Positions 1-12,679 of a stretch of 64,000 bases of DNA are shown piece after piece. The translations under genes and the position numbers were made by a program. The first letter of the stretch is position 1, and every line of letters begins with the position of its first letter. The stretch spans positions 210,924,001 to 210,988,000 of the forward strand of contig OZ024741.1 of NCBI GenBank assembly GCA_964016885.1, given 5' to 3'. The DNA comes from Eledone cirrhosa. Lineage: Eukaryota. Below the pieces are notes generated by a model, which saw nothing but the letters and a program-made list of their open reading frames with translations, made no database searches and was not told the DNA's origin.

Positions 1-2100
1 CACAGTCCACCTATCTCAGCCTCAGTCCATCTATCTCAGCCACAGTCCACTGTCTCAGCCTCAGTCCACCTATCTCAGCCACAGTCCACTGTCTCAGCCT
101 CAGTCCACTGTCTCAGCCACAGTCCACTGGCTCAGCCTAAGTCCACTGTCTCAGCCTCAGTCCACCTATCTCAGCCACAGTCCACTGTCTCAGCCACAGT
201 CCACTGTCTCAGCCACAGTCCACTGTCTCAGCCTCAGTCCACTGTCTCAGCCACAGTCCACCTATCTCAGCCACAGTCCACTGTCTCAGCCTCAGTCCAC
301 TGTCTCATCCTCAGTCCACTGTCTCAGCCTCAGTCCACCTATCTCAGCCACAGTCCACTGTCTCAGCCACAGTCCACTGTCTCAGCCACAGTCCACTGTC
401 TCAGCCTCAGTCCACTGTCTCAGCCACAGTCCACCTATCTCAGCCACAGTCCACTGTCTCTGCCACAGTCCACTGTCTCAGCCACAGTCCACTGTCTCAG
501 CCTCAGTCCACTGTCTCAGCCTCAGTCCACCTATCTCAGCCACAGTCCACTGTCTCAGCCACAGTCCACTGTCTCAGCCACAGTCCACTGTCTCAGCCTC
601 AGTCCACTGTCTCAGCCACAGTCCACCTATCTCAGCCACAGTCCACTGTCTCAGCCTCAGTCCACTGTCTCAGCCACAGTCCACCTATCTCAGCCACAGT
701 CCACTGTCTCAGCCACAGTCCACTGTCTCAGCCACAGTCCACTGTCTCAGCCTCAGTCCACTGTCTAAGTCTCAGTCTACCTATCTCAGCCACAGTCCAC
801 TGTCTCAGCCTCAGTCCACCTATCTCAGCCACAGTCCACTGTCTCAGCCTCAGTCCACCTATCTCAGCCACAGTCCACTGTCTCAGCCACAGTCCACTGT
901 CTCAGCCACAGTCCACTGTCTCAGCCTCAGTCCACTGTCTCAGCCACAGTCCACCTATCTCAGCCACAGTCCACTGTCTCAGCCTCAGTCCACTGTCTCA
1001 GCCACAGTCCACCTATCTCAGCCACAGTCCACTGTCTCAGCCTCAGTCCACCTATCTCAGCCACAGTCCACCTATCTCAGCCTCAGTCCATCTATCTCAG
1101 CCACAGTCCACTGTCTCAGCCTCAGTCCACCTATCTCAGCCACAGTCCACTGTCTCAGCCTCAGTCCACTGTCTCAGCCACAGTCCACTGGCTCAGCCTA
1201 AGTCCACTGTCTCAGCCTCAGTCCACCTATCTCAGCCACAGTCCACTGTCTCAGCCACAGTCCACTGTCTCAGCCACAGTCCACTGTCTCAGCCTCAGTC
1301 CACTGTCTCAGCCACAGTCCACCTATCTCAGCCACAGTCCACTGTCTCAGCCTCAGTCCACTGTCTCATCCTCAGTCCACTGTCTCAGCCTCAGTCCACC
1401 TATCTCAGCCACAGTCCACTGTCTCAGCCACAGTCCACTGTCTCAGCCACAGTCCACTGTCTCAGCCTCAGTCCACTGTCTCAGCCACAGTCCACCTATC
1501 TCAGCCACAGTCCACTGTCTCTGCCACAGTCCACTGTCTCAGCCACAGTCCACTGTCTCAGCCTCAGTCCACTGTCTCAGCCTCAGTCCACCTATCTCAG
1601 CCACAGTCCACTGTCTCAGCCACAGTCCACTGTCTCAGCCACAGTCCACTGTCTCAGCCTCAGTCCACTGTCTCAGCCACAGTCCACCTATCTCAGCCAC
1701 AGTCCACTGTCTCAGCCTCAGTCCACTGTCTCAGCCACAGTCCACCTATCTCAGCCACAGTCCACTGTCTCAGCCACAGTCCACTGTCTCAGCCACAGTC
1801 CACTGTCTCAGCCTCAGTCCACTGTCTCAGTCTCAGTCCACCTATCTCAGCCACAGTCCACTGTCTCAGCCTCAGTCCACCTATCTCAGCCACAGTCCAC
1901 TGTCTCAGCCTCAGTCCACCTATCTCAGCCACAGTCCACTGTCTCAGCCACAGTCCACCGTCTCAGCCACAGTCCACTGTCTCAGCCTCAGTCCACTGTC
2001 TCAGCCACAGTCCACCTATCTCAGCCACAGTCCACTGTCTCAGCCTCAGTCCACTGTCTCAGCCACAGTCCACCTATCTCAGCCACAGTCCACTGTCTCA
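1..2100. repeat. 1061-bp higher-order unit (39 x 19-mer + 16 x 20-mer), about 2 tandem copies; the doublet recurs at about 4.05-5.97 kb and 9.7-11.9 kb
   Basis: Marker pairs 30/1091, 4110/5171 and 9798/10859 are all 1061 apart. The GG variant at 129/1190 has the same spacing. I counted 16 CTA-type monomers in 1-1061. Confidence 0.9.
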
Positions 2101-5100
2101 GCCACAGTCCACTGTCTCAGCCACAGTCCACTGTCTCAGCCTCAGTCCACTGTCTCAGCCTCAGTCCACTGTCTCAGCCACAGTCCACCTATCTCAGCCT
2201 CAGTCCACTGTCTCAGCCTCAGTCCACCTATCTCAGCCACAGTCCACTGTCTCAGCCACAGTCCACTGTCTCAGCCACAGTCCACCTATCTCAGCCACAG
2301 TCCACTGTCTCAGCCACAGTCCACTGTCTCAGCCACAGTCCACCTATCTCAGCCACAGTCCACTGTCTCAGCCACAGTCCACTGTCTCAGCCTCAGTCCA
2401 CCTATCTCAGCCACAGTCCACTGTCTCAGCCTCAGTCCACTGTCTCAGCCACAGTCCACCTATCTCAGCCACAGTCCACTGTCTCAGCCACAGTCCACTG
2501 TCTCAGTCTCAGTCCACCTATCTCAGCCACAGTCCACTGTCTCAGCCACAGTCCACCTATCTCAGCCACAGTCCACCTATCTCAGCCACAGTCCACTGTC
2601 TCAGCCACAGTCCACCTATCTCAGTCTCAGTCCACTGTCTCAGCCACAGTCCACTGTCTCAGTCTCAGTCCACCTATCTCAGCCACAGTCCACTGTCTCA
2701 GCCACAGTCCACCTATCTCAGCCACAGTCCACTGTCTCAGCCACAGTCCACCTATCTCAGTCTCAGTCCACTGTCTCAGCCACAGTCCACTGTCTCAGTC
2801 TCAGTCCACCTATCTCAGCCACAGTCCACTGTCTCAGCCACAGTCCACCTATCTCAGCCACAGTCCACTGTCTCAGCCACAGTCCACCTATCTCAGCCAC
2901 AGTCCACTGTCTCAGCCACAGACCACCTATCTCAGTCTCAGTCCACTGTCTCAGCCACAGTCCACTGTCTCAGTCTCAGTCCACCTATCTCAGTCTCAGT
3001 CCACTGTCTGAGCCACAGTCCACTGTCTCAGCCTCAGTCCACTGTCTCAGCCACAGTCCACCTATCTCAGCCACAGTCCACTGTCTCAGCCACAGTCCAC
3101 CTATCTCAGCCACAGTCCACTGTCTCAGCCTCAGTCCACTGTCTCAGCGACAGTCCACCTATCTCAGCCACAGTCCACCTATCTCAGCCACAGTCCACTG
3201 TCTCAGCCACAGTCCACTGTCTCAGCCTCAGTCCACTGTCTCAGCCACAGTCCACCTATCTCAGCCACAGTCCACTGTCTCAGCCACAGTCCACTGTCTC
3301 AGCTTCAGTCCACCTATCTCAGCCACAGTCCACTGTCTCAGCCTCAGTCCACTGTCTCAGCCACAGTCCACTGTCTCAGCCTCAGTCCACTGTCTCAGCC
3401 TCAGTCCACCTATCTCAGCCACAGTCCACTGTCTCAGCCACAGTCCACCTATCTCAGCCACAGTCCACCTATCTCAGCCACAGTCCACTGTCTCAGCCAC
3501 AGTCCACCTATCTCAGTCTCACTCCACCTATCGCAGCCTCAGTCCACTGTCTCAGCCTCAGTCCACTGTCTCAGCCACAGTCCACTGTCTCAGTCTCAGT
3601 CCACCTATCTCAGCCACAGTCCACCTATCTCAGCCACAGTCCACTGTCTCAGCCTCAGTCCACTGTCTCAGCCACAGTCCACTGTCTCAGTCTCAGTCCA
3701 CTGTCTCAGTCTCAGTGCACCTATCGCAGCCTCAGTCCACTGTCTCAGCCACAGTCCACTGTCTCAGCCACAGTCCACTGTCTCAGTCTCAGTCCACTTA
3801 TCTCAGCCACAGTCCAGCTATCTCAGCCACAGTCCACTGTCTCAGCCTCAGTCCACCGTCTCAGCCACAGTCCACCTATCTCAGTCTCAGTCCACTGTCT
3901 CAGTCTCAGTCCACCTATCTCAGCCACAGTCCACTGTCTCAGCCTCAGTCCACCTATCTCAGTCTCAGTCCACTGTCTCAGTCTCAGTCCACCTATCTCA
4001 GCCACAGTCCACTGTCTCAGCCACAGTCCACCTATCTCAGCCACAGTCCACTGTCTCAGCCTCAGTCCACCTATCTCAGCCACAGTCCACCTATCTCAGC
4101 CTCAGTCCATCTATCTCAGCCACAGTCCACTGTCTCAGCCTCAGTCCACCTATCTCAGCCACAGTCCACTGTCTCAGCCTCAGTCCACTGTCTCAGCCAC
4201 AGTCCACTGGCTCAGCCTAAGTCCACTGTCTCAGCCTCAGTCCACCTATCTCAGCCACAGTCCACTGTCTCAGCCACAGTCCACTGTCTCAGCCACAGTC
4301 CACTGTCTCAGCCTCAGTCCACTGTCTCAGCCACAGTCCACCTATCTCAGCCACAGTCCACTGTCTCAGCCTCAGTCCACTGTCTCATCCTCAGTCCACT
4401 GTCTCAGCCTCAGTCCACCTATCTCAGCCACAGTCCACTGTCTCAGCCACAGTCCACTGTCTCAGCCACAGTCCACTGTCTCAGCCTCAGTCCACTGTCT
4501 CAGCCACAGTCCACCTATCTCAGCCACAGTCCACTGTCTCTGCCACAGTCCACTGTCTCAGCCACAGTCCACTGTCTCAGCCTCAGTCCACTGTCTCAGC
4601 CTCAGTCCACCTATCTCAGCCACAGTCCACTGTCTCAGCCACAGTCCACTGTCTCAGCCACAGTCCACTGTCTCAGCCTCAGTCCACTGTCTCAGCCACA
4701 GTCCACCTATCTCAGCCACAGTCCACTGTCTCAGCCTCAGTCCACTGTCTCAGCCACAGTCCACCTATCTCAGCCACAGTCCACTGTCTCAGCCACAGTC
4801 CACTGTCTCAGCCACAGTCCACTGTCTCAGCCTCAGTCCACTGTCTAAGTCTCAGTCCACCTATCTCAGCCACAGTCCACTGTCTCAGCCTCAGTCCACC
4901 TATCTCAGCCACAGTCCACTGTCTCAGCCTCAGTCCACCTATCTCAGCCACAGTCCACTGTCTCAGCCACAGTCCACTGTCTCAGCCACAGTCCACTGTC
5001 TCAGCCTCAGTCCACTGTCTCAGCCACAGTCCACCTATCTCAGCCACAGTCCACTGTCTCAGCCTCAGTCCACTGTCTCAGCCACAGTCCACCTATCTCA

Positions 5101-8100
5101 GCCACAGTCCACTGTCTCAGCCTCAGTCCACCTATCTCAGCCACAGTCCACCTATCTCAGCCTCAGTCCATCTATCTCAGCCACAGTCCACTGTCTCAGC
5201 CTCAGTCCACCTATCTCAGCCACAGTCCACTGTCTCAGCCTCAGTCCACTGTCTCAGCCACAGTCCACTGGCTCAGCCTAAGTCCACTGTCTCAGCCTCA
5301 GTCCACCTATCTCAGCCACAGTCCACTGTCTCAGCCACAGTCCACTGTCTCAGCCACAGTCCACTGTCTCAGCCTCAGTCCACTGTCTCAGCCACAGTCC
5401 ACCTATCTCAGCCACAGTCCACTGTCTCAGCCTCAGTCCACTGTCTCATCCTCAGTCCACTGTCTCAGCCTCAGTCCACCTATCTCAGCCACAGTCCACT
5501 GTCTCAGCCACAGTCCACTGTCTCAGCCACAGTCCACTGTCTCAGCCTCAGTCCACTGTCTCAGCCACAGTCCACCTATCTCAGCCACAGTCCACTGTCT
5601 CTGCCACAGTCCACTGTCTCAGCCACAGTCCACTGTCTCAGCCTCAGTCCACTGTCTCAGCCTCAGTCCACCTATCTCAGCCACAGTCCACTGTCTCAGC
5701 CACAGTCCACTGTCTCAGCCACAGTCCACTGTCTCAGCCTCAGTCCACTGTCTCAGCCACAGTCCACCTATCTCAGCCACAGTCCACTGTCTCAGCCTCA
5801 GTCCACTGTCTCAGCCACAGTCCACCTATCTCAGCCACAGTCCACTGTCTCAGCCACAGTCCACTGTCTCAGCCACAGTCCACTGTCTCAGCCTCAGTCC
5901 ACTGTCTCAGTCTCAGTCCACCTATCTCAGCCACAGTCCACTGTCTCAGCCTCAGTCCACCTATCTCAGCCTAAGTCCACTGTCTCAGCCTCAGTCCACC
6001 TATCTCAGCCACAGTCCACTGTCTCAGCCACAGTCCACTGTCTCAGCCACAGTCCACTGTCTCAGCCTCAGTCCACTGTCTCAGCCACAGTCCACCTATC
6101 TCAGCCACAGTCCACTGTCTCAGCCTCAGTCCACCTATCTCAGCCACAGTCCACTGTCTCAGCCTCAGTCCACCTATCTCAGCCACAGTCCACTGTCTCA
6201 GCCACAGTCCACTGTCTCAGCCTCAGTCCACTGTCTCAGTCTCAGTCCACCTATCTCAGCCACAGTCCACTGTCTCAGCCTCAGTCCACCTATCTCAGCC
6301 ACAGTCCACTGTCTCAGCCTCAGTCCACCTATCTCAGCCACAGTCCACTGTCTCAGCCACAGTCCACCGTCTCAGCCACAGTCCACTGTCTCAGCCTCAG
6401 TCCACTGTCTCAGCCACAGTCCACCTATCTCAGCCACAGTCCACTGTCTCAGCCTCAGTCCACTGTCTCAGCCACAGTCCACCTATCTCAGCCACAGTCC
6501 ACTGTCTCAGCCACAGTCCACTGTCTCAGCCACAGTCCACTGTCTCAGCCTCAGTCCACTGTCTCAGCCTCAGTCCACTGTCTCAGCCACAGTCCACCTA
6601 TCTCAGCCTCAGTCCACTGTCTCAGCCTCAGTCCACCTATCTCAGCCACAGTCCACTGTCTCAGCCACAGTCCACTGTCTCAGCCACAGTCCACCTATCT
6701 CAGCCACAGTCCACTGTCTCAGCCACAGTCCACTGTCTCAGCCACAGTCCACCTATCTCAGCCACAGTCCACTGTCTCAGCCACAGTCCACTGTCTCAGC
6801 CTCAGTCCACCTATCTCAGCCACAGTCCACTGTCTCAGCCTCAGTCCACTGTCTCAGCCACAGTCCACCTATCTCAGCCACAGTCCACTGTCTCAGCCAC
6901 AGTCCACTGTCTCAGTCTCAGTCCACCTATCTCAGCCACAGTCCACTGTCTCAGCCACAGTCCACCTATCTCAGCCACAGTCCACCTATCTCAGCCACAG
7001 TCCACTGTCTCAGCCACAGTCCACCTATCTCAGTCTCAGTCCACTGTCTCAGCCACAGTCCACTGTCTCAGTCTCAGTCCACCTATCTCAGCCACAGTCC
7101 ACTGTCTCAGCCACAGTCCACCTATCTCAGCCACAGTCCACTGTCTCAGCCACAGTCCACCTATCTCAGTCTCAGTCCACTGTCTCAGCCACAGTCCACT
7201 GTCTCAGTCTCAGTCCACCTATCTCAGCCACAGTCCACTGTCTCAGCCACAGTCCACCTATCTCAGCCACAGTCCACTGTCTCAGCCACAGTCCACCTAT
7301 CTCAGCCACAGTCCACTGTCTCAGCCACAGACCACCTATCTCAGTCTCAGTCCACTGTCTCAGCCACAGTCCACTGTCTCAGTCTCAGTCCACCTATCTC
7401 AGTCTCAGTCCACTGTCTCAGCCACAGTCCACTGTCTCAGCCTCAGTCCACTGTCTCAGCCACAGTCCACCTATCTCAGCCACAGTCCACTGTCTCAGCC
7501 ACAGTCCACCTATCTCAGCCACAGTCCACTGTCTCAGCCTCAGTCCACTGTCTCAGCGACAGTCCACCTATCTCAGCCACAGTCCACCTATCTCAGCCAC
7601 AGTCCACTGTCTCAGCCACAGTCCACTGTCTCAGCCTCAGTCCACTGTCTCAGCCACAGTCCACCTATCTCAGCCACAGTCCACTGTCTCAGCCACAGTC
7701 CACTGTCTCAGCTTCAGTCCACCTATCTCAGCCACAGTCCACTGTCTCAGCCTCAGTCCACTGTCTCAGCCACAGTCCACTGTCTCAGCCTCAGTCCACT
7801 GTCTCAGCCTCAGTCCACCTATCTCAGCCACAGTCCACTGTCTCAGCCACAGTCCACCTATCTCAGCCACAGTCCACCTATCTCAGCCACAGTCCACTGT
7901 CTCAGCCACAGTCCACCTATCTCAGTCTCACTCCACCTATCGCAGCCTCAGTCCACTGTCTCAGCCTCAGTCCACTGTCTCAGCCACAGTCCACTGTCTC
8001 AGTCTCAGTCCACCTATCTCAGCCACAGTCCACCTATCTCAGCCACAGTCCACTGTCTCAGCCTCAGTCCACTGTCTCAGCCACAGTCCACTGTCTCAGT

Positions 8101-8224
8101 CTCAGTCCACTGTCTCAGTCTCAGTGCACCTATCGCAGCCTCAGTCCACTGTCTCAGCCACAGTCCACTGTCTCAGCCACAGTCCACTGTCTCAGTCTCA
8201 GTCCACTTATCTCAGCCACAGTCC
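1..8224. repeat. About 4.1-kb tandem duplication (offset 4080, then 4409 after a 329-bp insertion near 5970-6300)
   Basis: Lines from 1 and from 4081 match column for column, with a difference at 778 (T) vs 4858 (C). Later markers CCACCG (1959/6368), GCGAC (3149/7558) and GTGCAC (3715/8124) are 4409 apart. Confidence 0.9.
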
Positions 8225-9550
8225 ACTGTCTCAGCCTCAGTCCACCGTCTCAGCCACAGTCCACTGTCTCAGCCACAGTCCACCTATCTCAGCCACAGTC
8301 CACCTATCTCAGCCACAGTCCACTGTCTCAGCCACAGTCCACCTATCTCAGTCTCAGTCCACTGTCTCAGCCACAGTCCACTGTCTCAGTCTCAGTCCAC
8401 CTATCTCAGCCACAGTCCACTGTCTCAGCCACAGTCCACCTATCTCAGCCACAGTCCACTGTCTCAGCCACAGTCCACCTATCTCAGTCTCAGTCCACTG
8501 TCTCAGCCACAGTCCACTGTCTCAGTCTCAGTCCACCTATCTCAGCCACAGTCCACTGTCTCAGCCACAGTCCACCTATCTCAGCCACAGTCCACTGTCT
8601 CAGCCACAGTCCACCTATCTCAGCCACAGTCCACTGTCTCAGCCACAGACCACCTATCTCAGTCTCAGTCCACTGTCTCAGCCACAGTCCACTGTCTCAG
8701 TCTCAGTCCACCTATCTCAGTCTCAGTCCACTGTCTCAGCCACAGTCCACTGTCTCAGCCTCAGTCCACTGTCTCAGCCACAGTCCACCTATCTCAGCCA
8801 CAGTCCACTGTCTCAGCCACAGTCCACCTATCTCAGCCACAGTCCACTGTCTCAGCGACAGTCCACCTATCTCAGCCACAGTCCACCTATCTCAGCCACA
8901 GTCCACTGTCTCAGCCACAGTCCACTGTCTCAGCCTCAGTCCACTGTCTCAGCCACAGTCCACCTATCTCAGCCACAGTCCACTGTCTCAGCCACAGTCC
9001 ACTGTCTCAGCTTCAGTCCACCTATCTCAGCCACAGTCCACTGTCTCAGCCTCAGTCCACTGTCTCAGCCACAGTCCACTGTCTCAGCCTCAGTCCACTG
9101 TCTCAGCCTCAGTCCACCTATCTCAGCCACAGTCCACTGTCTCAGCCACAGTCCACCTATCTCAGCCACAGTCCACCTATCTCAGCCACAGTCCACTGTC
9201 TCAGCCACAGTCCACCTATCTCAGTCTCACTCCACCTATCGCAGCCTCAGTCCACTGTCTCAGCCTCAGTCCACTGTCTCAGCCACAGTCCACTGTCTCA
9301 GTCTCAGTCCACCTATCTCAGCCACAGTCCACCTATCTCAGCCACAGTCCACTGTCTCAGCCTCAGTCCACTGTCTCAGCCACAGTCCACTGTCTCAGTC
9401 TCAGTCCACTGTCTCAGTCTCAGTGCACCTATCGCAGCCTCAGTCCACTGTCTCAGCCACAGTCCACTGTCTCAGCCACAGTCCACTGTCTCAGTCTCAG
9501 TCCACTTATCTCAGCCACAGTCCACTGTCTCAGCCTCAGTCCACCGTCTC
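6930..9550. repeat. About 1.3-kb tandem duplication (offset 1318, then 1299)
   Basis: GACCACC 7331/8649 (1318 apart). GCGAC 7558/8857 and GTGCAC 8124/9423 (1299 apart). One 19-mer was lost between these markers. Confidence 0.85.
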
Positions 9551-12500
9551 AGCCACAGTCCACCTATCTCAGTCTCAGTCCACTGTCTCAGTCTCAGTCC
9601 ACCTATCTCAGCCACAGTCCACTGTCTCAGCCTCAGTCCACCTATCTCAGTCTCAGTCCACTGTCTCAGTCTCAGTCCACCTATCTCAGCCACAGTCCAC
9701 TGTCTCAGCCACAGTCCACCTATCTCAGCCACAGTCCACTGTCTCAGCCTCAGTCCACCTATCTCAGCCACAGTCCACCTATCTCAGCCTCAGTCCATCT
9801 ATCTCAGCCACAGTCCACTGTCTCAGCCTCAGTCCACCTATCTCAGCCACAGTCCACTGTCTCAGCCTCAGTCCACTGTCTCAGCCACAGTCCACTGGCT
9901 CAGCCTAAGTCCACTGTCTCAGCCTCAGTCCACCTATCTCAGCCACAGTCCACTGTCTCAGCCACAGTCCACTGTCTCAGCCACAGTCCACTGTCTCAGC
10001 CTCAGTCCACTGTCTCAGCCACAGTCCACCTATCTCAGCCACAGTCCACTGTCTCAGCCTCAGTCCACTGTCTCATCCTCAGTCCACTGTCTCAGCCTCA
10101 GTCCACCTATCTCAGCCACAGTCCACTGTCTCAGCCACAGTCCACTGTCTCAGCCACAGTCCACTGTCTCAGCCTCAGTCCACTGTCTCAGCCACAGTCC
10201 ACCTATCTCAGCCACAGTCCACTGTCTCTGCCACAGTCCACTGTCTCAGCCACAGTCCACTGTCTCAGCCTCAGTCCACTGTCTCAGCCTCAGTCCACCT
10301 ATCTCAGCCACAGTCCACTGTCTCAGCCACAGTCCACTGTCTCAGCCACAGTCCACTGTCTCAGCCTCAGTCCACTGTCTCAGCCACAGTCCACCTATCT
10401 CAGCCACAGTCCACTGTCTCAGCCTCAGTCCACTGTCTCAGCCACAGTCCACCTATCTCAGCCACAGTCCACTGTCTCAGCCACAGTCCACTGTCTCAGC
10501 CACAGTCCACTGTCTCAGCCTCAGTCCACTGTCTAAGTCTCAGTCCACCTATCTCAGCCACAGTCCACTGTCTCAGCCTCAGTCCACCTATCTCAGCCAC
10601 AGTCCACTGTCTCAGCCTCAGTCCACCTATCTCAGCCACAGTCCACTGTCTCAGCCACAGTCCACTGTCTCAGCCACAGTCCACTGTCTCAGCCTCAGTC
10701 CACTGTCTCAGCCACAGTCCACCTATCTCAGCCACAGTCCACTGTCTCAGCCTCAGTCCACTGTCTCAGCCACAGTCCACCTATCTCAGCCACAGTCCAC
10801 TGTCTCAGCCTCAGTCCACCTATCTCAGCCACAGTCCACCTATCTCAGCCTCAGTCCATCTATCTCAGCCACAGTCCACTGTCTCAGCCTCAGTCCACCT
10901 ATCTCAGCCACAGTCCACTGTCTCAGCCTCAGTCCACTGTCTCAGCCACAGTCCACTGGCTCAGCCTAAGTCCACTGTCTCAGCCTCAGTCCACCTATCT
11001 CAGCCACAGTCCACTGTCTCAGCCACAGTCCACTGTCTCAGCCACAGTCCACTGTCTCAGCCTCAGTCCACTGTCTCAGCCACAGTCCACCTATCTCAGC
11101 CACAGTCCACTGTCTCAGCCTCAGTCCACTGTCTCATCCTCAGTCCACTGTCTCAGCCTCAGTCCACCTATCTCAGCCACAGTCCACTGTCTCAGCCACA
11201 GTCCACTGTCTCAGCCACAGTCCACTGTCTCAGCCTCAGTCCACTGTCTCAGCCACAGTCCACCTATCTCAGCCACAGTCCACTGTCTCTGCCACAGTCC
11301 ACTGTCTCAGCCACAGTCCACTGTCTCAGCCTCAGTCCACTGTCTCAGCCTCAGTCCACCTATCTCAGCCAGAGTCCACTGTCTCAGCCACAGTCCACTG
11401 TCTCAGCCACAGTCCACTGTCTCAGCCTCAGTCCACTGTCTCAGCCACAGTCCACCTATCTCAGCCACAGTCCACTGTCTCAGCCTCAGTCCACTGTCTC
11501 AGCCACAGTCCACCTATCTCAGCCACAGTCCACTGTCTCAGCCACAGTCCACTGTCTCAGCCACAGTCCACTGTCTCAGCCTCAGTCCACTGTCTCAGTC
11601 TCAGTCCACCTATCTCAGCCACAGTCCACTGTCTCAGCCTCAGTCCACCTATCTCAGCCACAGTCCACTGTCTCAGCCTCAGTCCACCTATCTCAGCCAC
11701 AGTCCACTGTCTCAGCCACAGTCCACCGTCTCAGCCACAGTCCACTGTCTCAGCCTCAGTCCACTGTCTCAGCCACAGTCCACCTATCTCAGCCACAGTC
11801 CACTGTCTCAGCCTCAGTCCACTGTCTCAGCCACAGTCCACCTATCTCAGCCACAGTCCACTGTCTCAGCCACAGTCCACTGTCTCAGCCACAGTCCACT
11901 GTCTCAGCCTCAGTCCACTGTCTCAGCCTCAGTCCACTGTCTCAGTCTCAGTCCACCTATCTCAGCCACAGTCCACTGTCTCAGCCTCAGTCCACCTATC
12001 TCAGCCACAGTCCACTGTCTCAGCCTCAGTCCACCTATCTCAGCCACAGTCCACTGTCTCAGCCACAGTCCACTGTCTCAGCCACAGTCCACTGTCTCAG
12101 CCTCAGTCCACTGTCTCAGTCTCAGTCCACCTATCTCAGCCACAGTCCACTGTCTCAGCCACATTCTACTGTCTCAGCATCAGTCCACCTATCTCAGCCT
12201 CAGTCCACTGTCTCAGTCTCAGTCCACCTATCTCAGCCACAGTCCACCTATCTCAGCCACAGTCCACTGTCTCAGCCGCAGTCCACTGTCTCAGCCACAG
12301 TCCACTGTCTCAGCATCAGTCCACCTATCTCAGCCTCAGTCCACTGTCTCAGTCTCAGTCCACCTATCTCAGCCACAGTCCACCTATCTCAGCCACAGTC
12401 CACTGTCTCAGCCTCAGTCCACTGTCTCAGCCACAGTCCACTTATCTCAGCCTCAGTCCACTGTCTCAGTCTCAGTCCACCTACCTCAGCCACAGTCCAC

Positions 12501-12679
12501 TGTCTCAGCCTCAGTCCACTGTCTCAGCCTCAGTCCACTGTCTCAGCCTCAGTCCACCGTCTCAGCCACAGTCCACTGTCTCAGCCTCAGTCCACCTATC
12601 TCAGCCTCAGTCCACCTATCTCAGCCTCAGTCCACCGTCTCAGCCACAGTCCACTGTCTCAGCCTCAGTCCACCTATCT

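Larger units (their letters stand above)
1..12160. repeat. Left domain: 19-mer-rich, low variant density, about 4.1-5.7 kb higher-order unit
   Basis: Private markers: GTCCATCTATC (T at 30, 1091, 4110, 5171, 9798, 10859), ACTGGCTCAGCCTAAG and GTGCACCTATCGC (3715, 8124, 9423). I did not see these to the right of about 12.2 kb. Confidence 0.9.

Noticed and set aside
3823-9771. Two identical 86-aa minus-strand ORFs (3823-4083, 9511-9771)
   Set aside because: These are chance runs in which alternating 19+20 = 39-bp units keep TGA/TAG out of frame. Their identity reflects the 5688-bp duplication.
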